Below, piece by piece: positions 1-9,776 of a DNA stretch of 64,000 bases. Position numbers and translations under genes: made by a program. Below the pieces are notes generated by a model that did no database searches, was not told the DNA's origin, and saw only the letters and a program-made list of their open reading frames with translations. The DNA comes from an uncultured Candidatus Saccharibacteria bacterium (lineage in GTDB: Bacteria; Patescibacteriota; Minisyncoccia; Phycocordibacterales; JAACPR01), in the NCBI GenBank assembly GCA_964538855.1, contig CAZIEY010000001.1, positions 245,389 through 309,388 on the forward strand, given 5' to 3'. Each line of letters opens with the position of its first letter. Positions within the stretch are counted from its first letter, which is position 1.

Positions 1-453
1 AGTAAGTGATTCAACCAATTGCTGCTCGACAAATCGCAAATAACTACCTTGCATGTCGCGCATGATTTCACCAACGCACAAAATCGGAGTAAGCCCAGCC
101 TCGAGCACATGTGCTAATTTTTGTGCCACAATTTCATTCGTCTCGCCCATCGCCCGTCGTTCCGCATGCCCCACAATGACGAACTCGGCTCCCAAATCAC
201 GTACCATGCCAACCGAGATTTCGCCCGTCGTTGCCTCGTTATCATTCATATAGACATTTTGAGCTCCAAATGCAAACATGCCGCCCCGATAATTTTTCAC
301 GAGGTCCGCGAAATAGATGCTCGGAGGACAAATCACAACCTTGGCAGCCTTGGTCGAAAATTTCGTGCGCTTCAGTGTCGCAAACGTCTTTTTTGCTTCA
401 TTCAGAGACTGCGGCGCCATTTTCCAATTCGCGACTATGAGTTTTTTTGACAT
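1..453 (-). CDS. tpiA: Triosephosphate isomerase, 3'-truncated at the window edge. The ORF track misses it because there is no stop codon in the window.
   Basis: Manual minus-strand translation from ATG (rc of 451-453) gives MSKKLIVANWKMAP...GAQN...GEISVGM...VIVGHAERR, the TIM signature motifs. The frame runs open to position 1. Confidence 0.85.
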   Translation of the reverse strand, partial: MSKKLIVANWKMAPQSLNEAKKTFATLKRTKFSTKAAKVVICPPSIYFADLVKNYRGGMFAFGAQNVYMNDNEATTGEISVGMVRDLGAEFVIVGHAERRAMGETNEIVAQKLAHVLEAGLTPILCVGEIMRDMQGSYLRFVEQQLVESLT

Positions 454-502
454 GAAGCAATTTTAGCGTGTTTCGAGAGAAAAGGAAAACACGATCTGAC
501 TA

Positions 503-1633
503 TTACATCTTTTCAAACTTCCCATTCTTCGCTACTCTTACTTCAAAATCTTGCTCGAGAGTGTTACCGTTCTCATCGAAATTGAGAACTCCAACAAGAC
601 TATCGCCGTAAGTCTCACTTGTGAGCGCATCCGCCACAGCTTTATACGTATCGCTTTCATCTTCCAATGCTTCAGTAATGATACGCATCACATCGTACGC
701 ATGCACACTGAATTTGAGCGGCTCCCGATTATTGAATTCCTTTCGATAATTGTAGCAATACTGTTGCATCGCCACCGATCCTTCACAAGAAAATAATTGG
801 TCGGTAACAATCACACCTTCCGCATACTCCCCGGTTTGCTTAAAGAACTCACTACCAACAATTCCAGACCAGCTCAAAAATTGTTCGGTGATTCCTTGTT
901 CGCGCGCCTGTCTGACCACACCACCCGCACTCTTGTCGTTAGTGAGAACGTAATATGCATCAGGTTGTGCACCACGGAGTTTCGTTAATTGTGACCTATA
1001 ATCGGTCACTGATTTTCCATCAAACCCTTCCATCGCAACAATGCGTCCGCCAGCCGCTTCATACTGCTCTTTCACATAATCCTTCGCGAACACATGCGTA
1101 TCGCTCGACGAATCATAGATGACCGCGAGATTTTTAATGCCCTTATCAAGCATAAATGGAATAATTTGATCGATTTCTGCGTCAATATCTGGTTGAAGCT
1201 TGAACACATACTCACCTGCCGTATTTAATTTCGGCGTCGACGAGATTGCAATAAAAATAGTTTTTGTTTCTTCCATGATTGGAGCAACCGCGATATTCAC
1301 ACTACTGCCCGGCCCAGAAATAATCATCGATACTTTATCAATATCGATAAGTTTTCGCGCAGCAAGAACCGCCTTTTTAGGATCACTCGCGGTATCTTCA
1401 TAAACAAAATTCACTTTCGTTCCGTCGGCAGCCAAATCTTTTTTTATAAGATCAAGCCCGTTTTTAATGTCTTCACCGAAACTTGAAAAACCACCCGTGA
1501 GCGAAACAAGCACTCCAACATTTAAAGTTTCCTCCGATTTATGAGGCGTCACAAACTGAAAATATACACACGCCGCAATAAACACGGCAACCATACTGAT
1601 CCAGAAATTTTTCGTCATAATATTGTTTTTCAT
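503..1633 (-). CDS. ABC transporter periplasmic substrate-binding protein (LivJ/Peripla_BP_6-like, branched-chain amino acid type)
   Basis: 376 aa with an N-terminal signal/TM segment. Domain-level resemblance to Leu/Ile/Val-binding proteins. Confidence 0.65.
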   Translation of the reverse strand: MKNNIMTKNFWISMVAVFIAACVYFQFVTPHKSEETLNVGVLVSLTGGFSSFGEDIKNGLDLIKKDLAADGTKVNFVYEDTASDPKKAVLAARKLIDIDKVSMIISGPGSSVNIAVAPIMEETKTIFIAISSTPKLNTAGEYVFKLQPDIDAEIDQIIPFMLDKGIKNLAVIYDSSSDTHVFAKDYVKEQYEAAGGRIVAMEGFDGKSVTDYRSQLTKLRGAQPDAYYVLTNDKSAGGVVRQAREQGITEQFLSWSGIVGSEFFKQTGEYAEGVIVTDQLFSCEGSVAMQQYCYNYRKEFNNREPLKFSVHAYDVMRIITEALEDESDTYKAVADALTSETYGDSLVGVLNFDENGNTLEQDFEVRVAKNGKFEKM

Positions 1634-1779
1634 TACAAGACTAATTCTTCCATATGTCTAGTATATAAACAATAATCTCGGCATATTAATCACATAGACT
1701 TGATTATACCTATAATATAGGCTATATTCTAGATTATAAATGTCGCCATTATTTTCGGCATTTTATACGCAAACACATC

Positions 1780-2508
1780 ATGAATATAAAAAACGTACTG
1801 AAGCAACTGGGTTTGAATGACAGGCACTCTACGATATATCTTGCCTGTCTCGAGATTGGATCTGCCTCGATTCAAAAAATAAGCGAAAAATCGGGCTTCG
1901 CTCGCTCTACCTGCGAGGCAGTTTTGAAGTCTCTATGTGAAAAAGGATTCGTTACATCTTTTAAAAAGAAAACATCTCGACATTTCAGCCCAGAAGACCC
2001 GAAAAAGATTGTCGCGCTCGCACAAGAAAAAGTAAAACTGCTCGAGGAAACTTTACCGCAATTTTCAGCGCGGTATTTCAAGGGAAATATAGTCCCAACT
2101 GTTAGGCTTTACCAAGGAGAAGTCGGAATAAAAAATGTGCTCAAGGAAATGCTCGACGAAGCAACTGAAATTATAAGTTTCGGATCTATTGATGATATTC
2201 ATCGGGCACTTGGAGACTTTTTTCCAAAATTCACTGCGGAAAGAATCAAAAAACGGATTCCACTCAAGGTAATTCTACGCCACTCAGAACTCGCAGAGCA
2301 ACGAAAGAGGCTCGGGGTACAAGAATTGCGCGAAGTGCGAATTATTTCAGAGGAATATAATGTTTCGAGTGCCACCTTCGTATGGAATAACAAAGTAGCA
2401 ATGTGCTCTCTCAAAGAAGGAGTTGTGGCCTTTGTCATCGAAAGCAACGAACTTGCAAATATTCAGAGAACAATGTTTGAACTTATCTGGCACACACTAC
2501 CGGCATAA
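1780..2508 (+). CDS. TrmB-family HTH transcriptional regulator
   Basis: 242 aa, N-terminal winged HTH (LNDRHSTIYLACLEIG). Paralogous to the ORF at 19029. Confidence 0.6.
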   Translation: MNIKNVLKQLGLNDRHSTIYLACLEIGSASIQKISEKSGFARSTCEAVLKSLCEKGFVTSFKKKTSRHFSPEDPKKIVALAQEKVKLLEETLPQFSARYFKGNIVPTVRLYQGEVGIKNVLKEMLDEATEIISFGSIDDIHRALGDFFPKFTAERIKKRIPLKVILRHSELAEQRKRLGVQELREVRIISEEYNVSSATFVWNNKVAMCSLKEGVVAFVIESNELANIQRTMFELIWHTLPA

Positions 2509-2510
2509 AA

Positions 2511-3104
2511 TTAAAGAAACTTTTTAAGCACCTCAAAATCCTTCTTCAATTCTGGTAACCGCTTCCGGTTATACACCGCAACCGCCGGGTGATAGAGCGG
2601 GATGATGGTGACCGGTCCAAATCCGGCCTTAGCTTGAAAAACTTTGCCGTGAATCGTGCTAATGGCTTCAACAGACTCGCCCAAACCCAGCCGGTTCATC
2701 ACATATTCCATAGAAAAACGCCCGAGCGTCGCAATAACACGGGGTTGAATTACATCGATTTGGCGATCCAAAAATGGGCCATACAATTCGATTTCCGCTG
2801 GTTTGGGATCGCGATTATCAGTTGGGCGATCTTTTACGATGTTTGTCACATAGACGGAATCGCGAGACAGGTTAATGTGAGCGAGTAGTTCATCCAAAAT
2901 TCGCCCAGACATTCCGCAAAATGGACGTCCAGTTGCGGCCTCGTTTTTACCAGGCGCTTCTCCAACAAACATGATGTGCGCGTCATGACTTCCCTCACCA
3001 ATCACAGGGTGCGCATTATTTTTCACGCGCTCGGCGTAAAGGGGCGACTTTTTCAAATTCCACACCTCGTCATGAATCTTTTTAATCAGCTCATCCCTGC
3101 TCAT
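2511..3104 (-). CDS. Uracil-DNA glycosylase, family 4
   Basis: 197 aa with the GEGSHDAHIMFVGEAPG...GRPFCG motif typical of family-4 UDG. Confidence 0.8.
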   Translation of the reverse strand: MSRDELIKKIHDEVWNLKKSPLYAERVKNNAHPVIGEGSHDAHIMFVGEAPGKNEAATGRPFCGMSGRILDELLAHINLSRDSVYVTNIVKDRPTDNRDPKPAEIELYGPFLDRQIDVIQPRVIATLGRFSMEYVMNRLGLGESVEAISTIHGKVFQAKAGFGPVTIIPLYHPAVAVYNRKRLPELKKDFEVLKKFL

Positions 3105-3137
3105 ATATAGAAATGTAACAAATTTAGCGCTCGTCGT

Positions 3138-4358
3138 CTAAATCACGTTCACGAGTGAGTACATCGGACTAATCATGGAAATTGCAAAGAATCCAACAAC
3201 AATACCGACGAGCACCATCAAGAACGGTTCGATAATTGTAGACATATTTTTCGTCTTTTGATCAACCTCATCTTCATAAAAAACAGCGACTTTGAGAAGC
3301 ATTTTACCGAGGTCTCCAGTTTCTTCACCAACAATCATCATTTCCGAAACGAAAACTGGATACAACGTGTCTGCCTCACGAAAAACCTTTGAAATCGGCA
3401 AACCGAGCTGAATATTTTTCTCAGCCTGTTCAATAGTTGCCTGATAATACGAATTTTGCACGACTTCACGCACAATTTGCAAGGAACGCACAAACGGCAC
3501 GCCAGCCGCCAAAAGAGATGCCAAGGTTCGTGTAGTACGCGCTGCGTTCACTTCTTTCACCAAAGGCGCAATGAGAGGCATATGAAGAAGGAACCAATCG
3601 CGACCCTGTCGCCCCTTCTTTGTCTTCAATCCAAAATAAATTCCGGCAAAAATCGCGGCGATGATCGCAATAAATGCGAGCCAATGATTTTGAGCAAAAT
3701 TACTGAGATTAATAATGAACATAGTCGAGCCAGGCAATTCCACCTTCAGTGCCGTAAAAGTATTTGTCAAAGTTGGCACAACATACACAAGTAAAAATAC
3801 ACCAATGATCACCATCGCGGAAATAATAACTCCTGGATACACCATGGCGCCCTTGATTTTCTTCTGCAAGGTATAGGTTTTTTCCATTTGCTCTGCAACC
3901 ACACCGAGAGCTTGAGACAAATTTCCCGACTCTTCACCAGATTGAACCATCGACACCATGAGTTGCGAGAACACATTCGGGAAATGAGTGAGTGCAGTCG
4001 AAAGTGGAGAACCTTTTTTGACACTGTCATTAATAAAGGCCAAAACCTTTTTCATTTTTTTGTTAGTGGTCTGACGTTCCATGACCGACAATGCACGCGA
4101 CAAAGACAAGCCCGCCTCGATCATCGCCGCTAAATTGCGATTGAAAATAATCTTTTCGTGTGTCGAAACCGTACCCATCGCCGACAATTTTACCCACAAC
4201 ATTTGCCAATTAAATGAGCCACTCTGTTTTATAGACAAAACACCCAGACCCTCAGAGCGCAAAGTTTTTTGCAGATCAGCCTCGTGCTCGGCAGTTCGAA
4301 TACCTTGGATAATTAGACCCTCTTTATTAAATGCTTTGAAATGAAATTCGGTTGCCAT
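3138..4358 (-). CDS. pilC: Type IV pilus assembly / type II secretion platform protein PilC (GspF family)
   Basis: 406 aa polytopic membrane protein with a duplicated GspF-type domain, immediately downstream of pilB. Confidence 0.85.
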   Translation of the reverse strand: MATEFHFKAFNKEGLIIQGIRTAEHEADLQKTLRSEGLGVLSIKQSGSFNWQMLWVKLSAMGTVSTHEKIIFNRNLAAMIEAGLSLSRALSVMERQTTNKKMKKVLAFINDSVKKGSPLSTALTHFPNVFSQLMVSMVQSGEESGNLSQALGVVAEQMEKTYTLQKKIKGAMVYPGVIISAMVIIGVFLLVYVVPTLTNTFTALKVELPGSTMFIINLSNFAQNHWLAFIAIIAAIFAGIYFGLKTKKGRQGRDWFLLHMPLIAPLVKEVNAARTTRTLASLLAAGVPFVRSLQIVREVVQNSYYQATIEQAEKNIQLGLPISKVFREADTLYPVFVSEMMIVGEETGDLGKMLLKVAVFYEDEVDQKTKNMSTIIEPFLMVLVGIVVGFFAISMISPMYSLVNVI

Positions 4359-4367
4359 AATATGAAA

Positions 4368-6104
4368 TTATTCAGAGATAACACGCAAAACCTCTTCGAT
4401 TGTTGTGTGTCCGAGAGCTGCTTTGTAAATTCCGTCTTCAAGCATAGTAAGCATGCCTTCGCTCTTGGCTTGATCCTCGATTTTTTCAGCAACCTCGCCT
4501 TTAATAATCAAATTACGAATAGTGTCGGTGACATGCAAAATTTCATGGATTCCAACTCGACCATGAAATCCATCATCGTCGCCTTCGGCAATCGGTTTAT
4601 AAAAAGGAATCTTTTTCCAAGTCGCGCCCACAGGAACTTCCTTTGCCTTAATCAAAGTCTCTAAAATCTTTTTCATGTCTGCTTTTTTCTCGAGCTGAGC
4701 GAGCGCTGGCGCTGTCAAAAAATATTTTTCTTTCTTGACGAGGCGACGTACCAAACGTTGCGCAATGATTACTTTTAAAGTTGAGACGAGCAAAAATGGC
4801 TCGGCACCCATATCGATCATACGCGGAATTGTTCCTGCCGCAGAATTTGTGTGAAGTGTCGAAAGAACAAGGTGACCAGTCAACGATGCATTAATTGCAA
4901 GTGACGCAGTCTCCCCATCTCGAATTTCCCCCACCATAATAATATCCGGGTCCTGACGCACCAACGTTCGTAAACCTTCAGAAAAAGAAAATCCAATATC
5001 CGGTTTCACCTGCGTTTGGTTAACGCGTTTCATTTGATATTCAATCGGATCTTCGACCGTTGAAATGTTCACGTCCGGCGTGTTAAGCAAATCCAAAAGC
5101 GTGTAGAGTGTCGTCGACTTTCCGGAACCAGTCGGACCAGTCGCCAAAATTAAACCGGTTGTTTGTTTGAGGGCTTCGTGAATTTGTTCCAAACCGTCGC
5201 CATGAAAACCGAGCGATTCCAAAGTAAATCCACCGCCACCTTCGCGCAAAATACGCATCACAGTTTTTTCTCCGTAATACACCGGCAAAATAGATACACG
5301 GAAAGAAACTTTTTCGGCATCAAGTTCAATTTTAAATCGTCCGTCCTGCGGTAAACGCTTTTCGTCGAGTTTCAAGTTCGACAAAACTTTGATACGCGCC
5401 GTGATCGCCCCGCCAACGTGTTTTGGCAACGTCATCGCATCGTGGAGCAAACCATCCACGCGATATCGCACCACCAATTCTTTTTCGGCTGGTTCGATAT
5501 GAATGTCGGATGCTCCCTGCAAAATTGCGTGCTTCAAAAGTGTGTCCACAATTTTCACCACTGGCAAATCAGCCGCGATTTTTTGTAAGTCATCTTCGCT
5601 CGTTTCTTCGCCGCCAGTATCCTTGATTTCGGCTGTCTGCGTTTTAATAATGTCTCCAAAATCCGCCTTCAAAGATTTCTGGTACTGAATAAGAGCCTTT
5701 TTAAGCGAATCAGTCGACGTGAGACGTGGCAAAATTCGCAACCCCGTTTTTTTATGTACGAAATCAATCGCCGACAAATCATCAGTGTCGAGCATGGCAA
5801 CCTCCAAATCCTTGCCGTTCTGTTTGTAGGCAATAATGTTGTGTTTGCGCGCAATCGGCTCAGGAATAATAGAGAGAACTTCGAAAGGAATTTTATTTGT
5901 GCCAGCGTCAATAAATGGAATTCCGAGGATGTAGGCCTGGACGCGTTTGAGATCATCTTCGGTGATTTTTCCTTCGCTCACCAAATAGTTTCCGAGCGTC
6001 ATCGATCCGTCCGCTACTTTTTTTTCGGCAGAGAGAATATCCTCACGACTGACGAGGCCAGAGTCAACAATAAACTCTTTTAATTTGTCATCCTCAATGT
6101 ACAC
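4368..6104 (-). CDS. pilB: Type IV pilus assembly ATPase PilB (GspE family)
   Basis: 578 aa with Walker A GPTGSGKSTT, Asp/His boxes and an N-terminal GspII-type domain. No C-terminal tetracysteine motif. Confidence 0.85.
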   Translation of the reverse strand: MYIEDDKLKEFIVDSGLVSREDILSAEKKVADGSMTLGNYLVSEGKITEDDLKRVQAYILGIPFIDAGTNKIPFEVLSIIPEPIARKHNIIAYKQNGKDLEVAMLDTDDLSAIDFVHKKTGLRILPRLTSTDSLKKALIQYQKSLKADFGDIIKTQTAEIKDTGGEETSEDDLQKIAADLPVVKIVDTLLKHAILQGASDIHIEPAEKELVVRYRVDGLLHDAMTLPKHVGGAITARIKVLSNLKLDEKRLPQDGRFKIELDAEKVSFRVSILPVYYGEKTVMRILREGGGGFTLESLGFHGDGLEQIHEALKQTTGLILATGPTGSGKSTTLYTLLDLLNTPDVNISTVEDPIEYQMKRVNQTQVKPDIGFSFSEGLRTLVRQDPDIIMVGEIRDGETASLAINASLTGHLVLSTLHTNSAAGTIPRMIDMGAEPFLLVSTLKVIIAQRLVRRLVKKEKYFLTAPALAQLEKKADMKKILETLIKAKEVPVGATWKKIPFYKPIAEGDDDGFHGRVGIHEILHVTDTIRNLIIKGEVAEKIEDQAKSEGMLTMLEDGIYKAALGHTTIEEVLRVISE

Positions 6105-6225
6105 GTTGCAATTATAGCAGGAGTTTTCAAATCTGCGGCGAGGTTTTTCAGTCTAAAAATAATTTGACACATGCAATTTAAAAGAATAAGGTTTTATAGA
6201 ATCCCAACCATAAGGAGTACGAACA

Positions 6226-6470
6226 TGGGAACGACATCAGTTCTGATCTTGATCCTTTGCCTCGGAATAATGACCTGGGCAGTCATCAAAGCCCCAAAAA
6301 AGCGGGGCGGCAAAAACATCAGCCAACCTCCTCAGAAAACCCCAAGTGCCATCGAGGAGGAGCAGCTGACCAAGGAAGGTAGGTGCCTGACCTGCAAACA
6401 AGTCATGCACAGGGGAAATCCGGATTGGGGTGGAGGTGTGTGCAGGCGGTGTTGGGGCATAAGCCATTGA
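6226..6470 (+). CDS. Small hypothetical protein: N-terminal TM helix and a C-terminal Cys-rich CxxC...CxxC tail
   Basis: AGGAG sits 7 nt upstream of the ATG at 6226. Coding GC is visibly higher than the neighbours. Own promoter-like TTGACA at 6164 and own terminator at 6492. Confidence 0.4.
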
Positions 6471-6491
6471 CCCCTCGCCAAGGGAATTGGG

Positions 6492-6535
6492 GGGCTGGAG
6501 CGTGTGGACATAACCACGCTCCAGCCCTTTTATAA
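6492..6535 (+). terminator. Rho-independent terminator
   Basis: 13-bp perfect stem GGGCTGGAGCGTG/CACGCTCCAGCCC followed by TTTTAT. Confidence 0.65.
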
Positions 6536-6538
6536 TAT

Positions 6539-6568
6539 TTGACAACTCCCTAAAAGTTTTGCTATTAT
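6539..6568 (+). promoter_or_regulatory. Sigma70-like promoter for nusA: TTGACA, 18-nt spacer, TATTAT
   Basis: Consensus -35 with a near-consensus -10, 110 nt upstream of the nusA ATG. Confidence 0.5.
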
Positions 6569-6677
6569 ATAGGGGTTACAGACAAGTTCGCCAACACCAG
6601 GCGGGCTCATTTTTTTAGGAAAAATGGCATTTCGGTGAATTATTAACGCGCGCAAGCGCACTTACAAACCAAAAAAC

Positions 6678-7868
6678 ATGTTCGATTTAAAAATCATCAA
6701 TTCAGTTCTCGCACAGCTCGAAGAAGAGCGCGGAATCCCAAAAGCAAAGATTATCGAAGCGATTGAACTCGCGCTCGGTACTGCATATAAAAAAGAGTAC
6801 GGCAAAAAAGGTCAAATCGTCAAAGCGAAATTCAATCTCGACAGTGGCGACGTGGAATTTTGGCAAACAAAAATTGTAGTCGACAAAGACTCTGTCATTA
6901 TGGAAGGTGACATTACCGAAGAAACTCCAGCAACTGTAGAAGGTACTGAAGAAGTTATGAAAGTTCGCTTCAACCCAGAACATCACATCTTGCTCGAAAA
7001 CGCGAAATTGATGAAGCGTGGCGCAAAAGTCGACGACGAAATTCTCTTCCCTCTCGAAAAGAAGGATGATTTCGGACGCATCTCTGCTCAAACCGCAAAA
7101 CAAGTCATCACTCAAAAGATTCGCGAAGCTGAAAAAGGTATCGTTATGTCAGAATACGGTGAAAAAGAAGGAGAAATTGTCTCTGGAACCGTCGAACGAA
7201 TCGAACGCGGAACTGTATTTTTGGATATGGGTCGCGCAATCGGAACACTCGCCTACGAAGAACAAATTCCAGGCCAGCGATTTAAACAAGGTGAGCGAGT
7301 TCGCGCATATCTTTTCCGCGTCGATGAAACTCCACGTGGTGTTTTCCTAAAACTCTCTCGTTCTCATCCTAAATTCCTCGAAGAATTATTCAAGGCAGAA
7401 GTTCCTGAAATTGCGTCCGGTACTATCGAAATTAAAGCCGTTGCTCGCGAAGCAGGTTCTCGTTCAAAGGTTGCCGTCATCACAAAAGATGATCATGTCG
7501 ATCCTGTCGGAGCGATGGTTGGTCAACGAGGTGTTCGTGTCAGCACAATTACGAGCGAACTTGGTGGAGAAAAAATCGACATTATCGAATGGTCTGAAAA
7601 TCCTACTGCTTTTATCGAAGAAGCCCTCTCTCCTGCGAAGATCTTGAATATCGAAACCGCAGAAACTCCAGAAGGTGGTAAAATTGCCAAAGTGACCGTT
7701 GCCGAAGATCAGCAATCACTCGCGATTGGTAAAGGTGGTCAAAACGTTCGTCTCGCTGCGAAATTGACTGGTTGGAAAATCGACATCCGATCAGATGCAA
7801 AACCAAAGGAAGACGCGGACGACGCAGTATCAACGGAAGAAACTTCAACAGAAACTAACCCAGCATAA
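6678..7868 (+). CDS. nusA: Transcription termination/antitermination factor NusA
   Basis: 396 aa with N-terminal, S1 and KH domains. Typical NusA start MFDLK... Confidence 0.9.
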   Translation: MFDLKIINSVLAQLEEERGIPKAKIIEAIELALGTAYKKEYGKKGQIVKAKFNLDSGDVEFWQTKIVVDKDSVIMEGDITEETPATVEGTEEVMKVRFNPEHHILLENAKLMKRGAKVDDEILFPLEKKDDFGRISAQTAKQVITQKIREAEKGIVMSEYGEKEGEIVSGTVERIERGTVFLDMGRAIGTLAYEEQIPGQRFKQGERVRAYLFRVDETPRGVFLKLSRSHPKFLEELFKAEVPEIASGTIEIKAVAREAGSRSKVAVITKDDHVDPVGAMVGQRGVRVSTITSELGGEKIDIIEWSENPTAFIEEALSPAKILNIETAETPEGGKIAKVTVAEDQQSLAIGKGGQNVRLAAKLTGWKIDIRSDAKPKEDADDAVSTEETSTETNPA

Positions 7869-7870
7869 AT

Positions 7871-8395
7871 ATGACAAACTTATTGCACGACATAGACCCA
7901 GGAACAAAGAGCGAGATGACCACAATCATCGAAATTAACCGCGGTTCAAAGAACAAGTACGAAATCGACAAAAAAACTGGCCTTATTGCGCTCGACCGAG
8001 CAATGCACACAGCCCAGGACTACCCTTTTGACTACGGGTTCGTTCCGCAAACATTATGGGATGACGGCGATGCATTAGACGTGGTTGTTTTGACAACATA
8101 TCCACTTTTCCCAGGCATTTTGGTTCGAGTTCGCCCAGTTGCCATCATTCACATGGTGGATAACGGTGAAAGTGACGCAAAAATCGTCGCTGTTCCAACA
8201 GAAGATCCTCGATTTGATGACGTGAATGACCTCAAAGACGTCAATAAACACACAATCAAAGAAATTGAACACTTCTTCCTCACTTACAAGAAAATTCAAA
8301 AGAAAGAAGTTACAATTAGTGGAATCGAAGGTCGCGAAGCAGCAGAAAAAGCATTCGAACGATCTCGAGAGATGTATAAAGCAAGTAAGAAATAA
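7871..8395 (+). CDS. ppa: Inorganic pyrophosphatase (family I)
   Basis: 174 aa with D-x-D-x-D...DDGD and ALDVVV motifs. Confidence 0.85.
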   Translation: MTNLLHDIDPGTKSEMTTIIEINRGSKNKYEIDKKTGLIALDRAMHTAQDYPFDYGFVPQTLWDDGDALDVVVLTTYPLFPGILVRVRPVAIIHMVDNGESDAKIVAVPTEDPRFDDVNDLKDVNKHTIKEIEHFFLTYKKIQKKEVTISGIEGREAAEKAFERSREMYKASKK

Positions 8396-8407
8396 GGCGT
8401 TCGCGAT

Positions 8408-8440
8408 AAAAAACTCTCTTTGTGAGGGTTTTTTATTTAC
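8408..8440 (+). terminator. Terminator-like hairpin after ppa
   Basis: AAAAAACTCTC...GAGGGTTTTTT stem followed by a T-run. Confidence 0.45.
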
Positions 8441-8495
8441 TTTTCCAAAACTAGTATATAATTATTGCATTATTAGTCGTTAATTAATTGAGCCA

Positions 8496-9359
8496 ATGAA
8501 AAAAAGTTTATACGTTTTATTAATGTGTGGTGTGTTGTTTGCCGGAACTACCGTATTCGCACGTGACGGCGCAAGCGGTGCTGACCGTGCTGATCGAATT
8601 GCAGAACGAGGAGCTGCATTAGAAGAAACACGCGCGGAACGCGAAGCGAAACTTGCCGAAAGAAAGGCTGAGTTTGAAGCAAAACAAGCTGAGCGCGAAG
8701 CAAAAATGGAAGAACGGCGTGCGGAAATTGAAACCAGAATCGCAGAACGAGGTGAAAAAGTCGAGGAACGCACCGCGAAACTCGAGCTCAAAATGGAGGA
8801 GCGTAAAGCCAAAATGGAAGAGCGAGGAGCGGAACGTGCAATCAGAATCGAGGAGCGAAAAACAAAAATCGAAGAGCGCTTTGAAAAAATGAAAGCAAAC
8901 GTTGCTGAACGAAAAGCAAAGTTTGATGAAAAACAAAAAGAACGCGTCGGGAAACTTTTCGACAGAATTTTTGCTACATTTGATCACGTCGCAGAAAAAC
9001 TCGCCAACATTGACGCACGAATTACAGCAAAATTAACTGCGCTCGAAGCCCGAGGTGTCGACACATCCGAAGCCGAAACAAAACTTGAAGCCGCAAAAGA
9101 TTCTCTCAACGCAACGCTCGCTGAAATTGCTTCTGTAAAAGAAACACTAAGTGGCGCAGTCAACGACGAGATGAGCAAAGAATTTGCAAAAGAATTAATT
9201 CAAGGCACAAAAGCTTCTCTCAAATCAACTCACGAAGCATATCGCGCAGTACTCGTATCTGTAAAAAAATCTGACGACGGTGCCGAAGACAAAGTAGAAG
9301 TGGAAAATGAATTTGAAACTGAACATGCAGACGATGTAGACACAGAAGACGCTCAATAA
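8496..9359 (+). CDS. Secreted coiled-coil protein with E/R/K-rich heptad-like repeats
   Basis: Signal peptide MKKSLYVLLMCGVLFAG, then repetitive ERKAK/EERxAE blocks. The DNA is internally repetitive. Confidence 0.55.
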   Translation: MKKSLYVLLMCGVLFAGTTVFARDGASGADRADRIAERGAALEETRAEREAKLAERKAEFEAKQAEREAKMEERRAEIETRIAERGEKVEERTAKLELKMEERKAKMEERGAERAIRIEERKTKIEERFEKMKANVAERKAKFDEKQKERVGKLFDRIFATFDHVAEKLANIDARITAKLTALEARGVDTSEAETKLEAAKDSLNATLAEIASVKETLSGAVNDEMSKEFAKELIQGTKASLKSTHEAYRAVLVSVKKSDDGAEDKVEVENEFETEHADDVDTEDAQ

Positions 9360-9382
9360 TTATTAACTGATATACTATACGT

Positions 9383-9688
9383 ATGGACTTCTCAAATAAT
9401 CAACCAAACAATTTCCCAAACACAATGCCAGGTGCAGTACCACCTAAAAAAGAAAGCGGAGTTGGACCAATTATCGGCTCAATTATTATTATCATATTAT
9501 TGGTTTTGGGTGCACTCTATTTCTACGGATCGATTGTAGAACGACGTCAAACACAGGGCGCTCGAACACCAGCTCTCAGTGAATCAACTCGTGTTGCCGA
9601 CATCGAATCAGACCTTAATGTTCCAGAGCTCGATACAGTTGATGCGGATATGGCAGAATTAGAGGCAGAAATTGACGCAGCATTGTAA
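9383..9688 (+). CDS. Small membrane protein, hypothetical
   Basis: 101 aa with one TM helix (IIGSIIIIILLVLGALYFYG) and an acidic C-terminus. Confidence 0.45.
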   Translation: MDFSNNQPNNFPNTMPGAVPPKKESGVGPIIGSIIIIILLVLGALYFYGSIVERRQTQGARTPALSESTRVADIESDLNVPELDTVDADMAELEAEIDAAL

Positions 9689-9698
9689 TGTAATAAAA

Positions 9699-9732
9699 AA
9701 GCGCGGATGACACACTGCTCCGTGCTTTTTTA
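9699..9732. terminator. Rho-independent terminator, A-run/T-run flanked
   Basis: AAAAAAGCGCGGA...TCCGTGCTTTTTT. Confidence 0.6.
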
Positions 9733-9776
9733 TTACCTTTGATTTTTTACCGATTTTCATATAGAATGCCGGAATC

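Noticed and set aside
8480-8987. Antisense ORFs (110 aa Ser/Ala/Arg-rich; 122 aa) inside the coiled-coil protein gene
   Set aside because: They are low-complexity mirror-image translations of the repetitive sense strand. Antisense ORFs of this kind inside long genes recur throughout the track (e.g. 37707-38166, 22174-22737, 12752-13160) and are treated as spurious.
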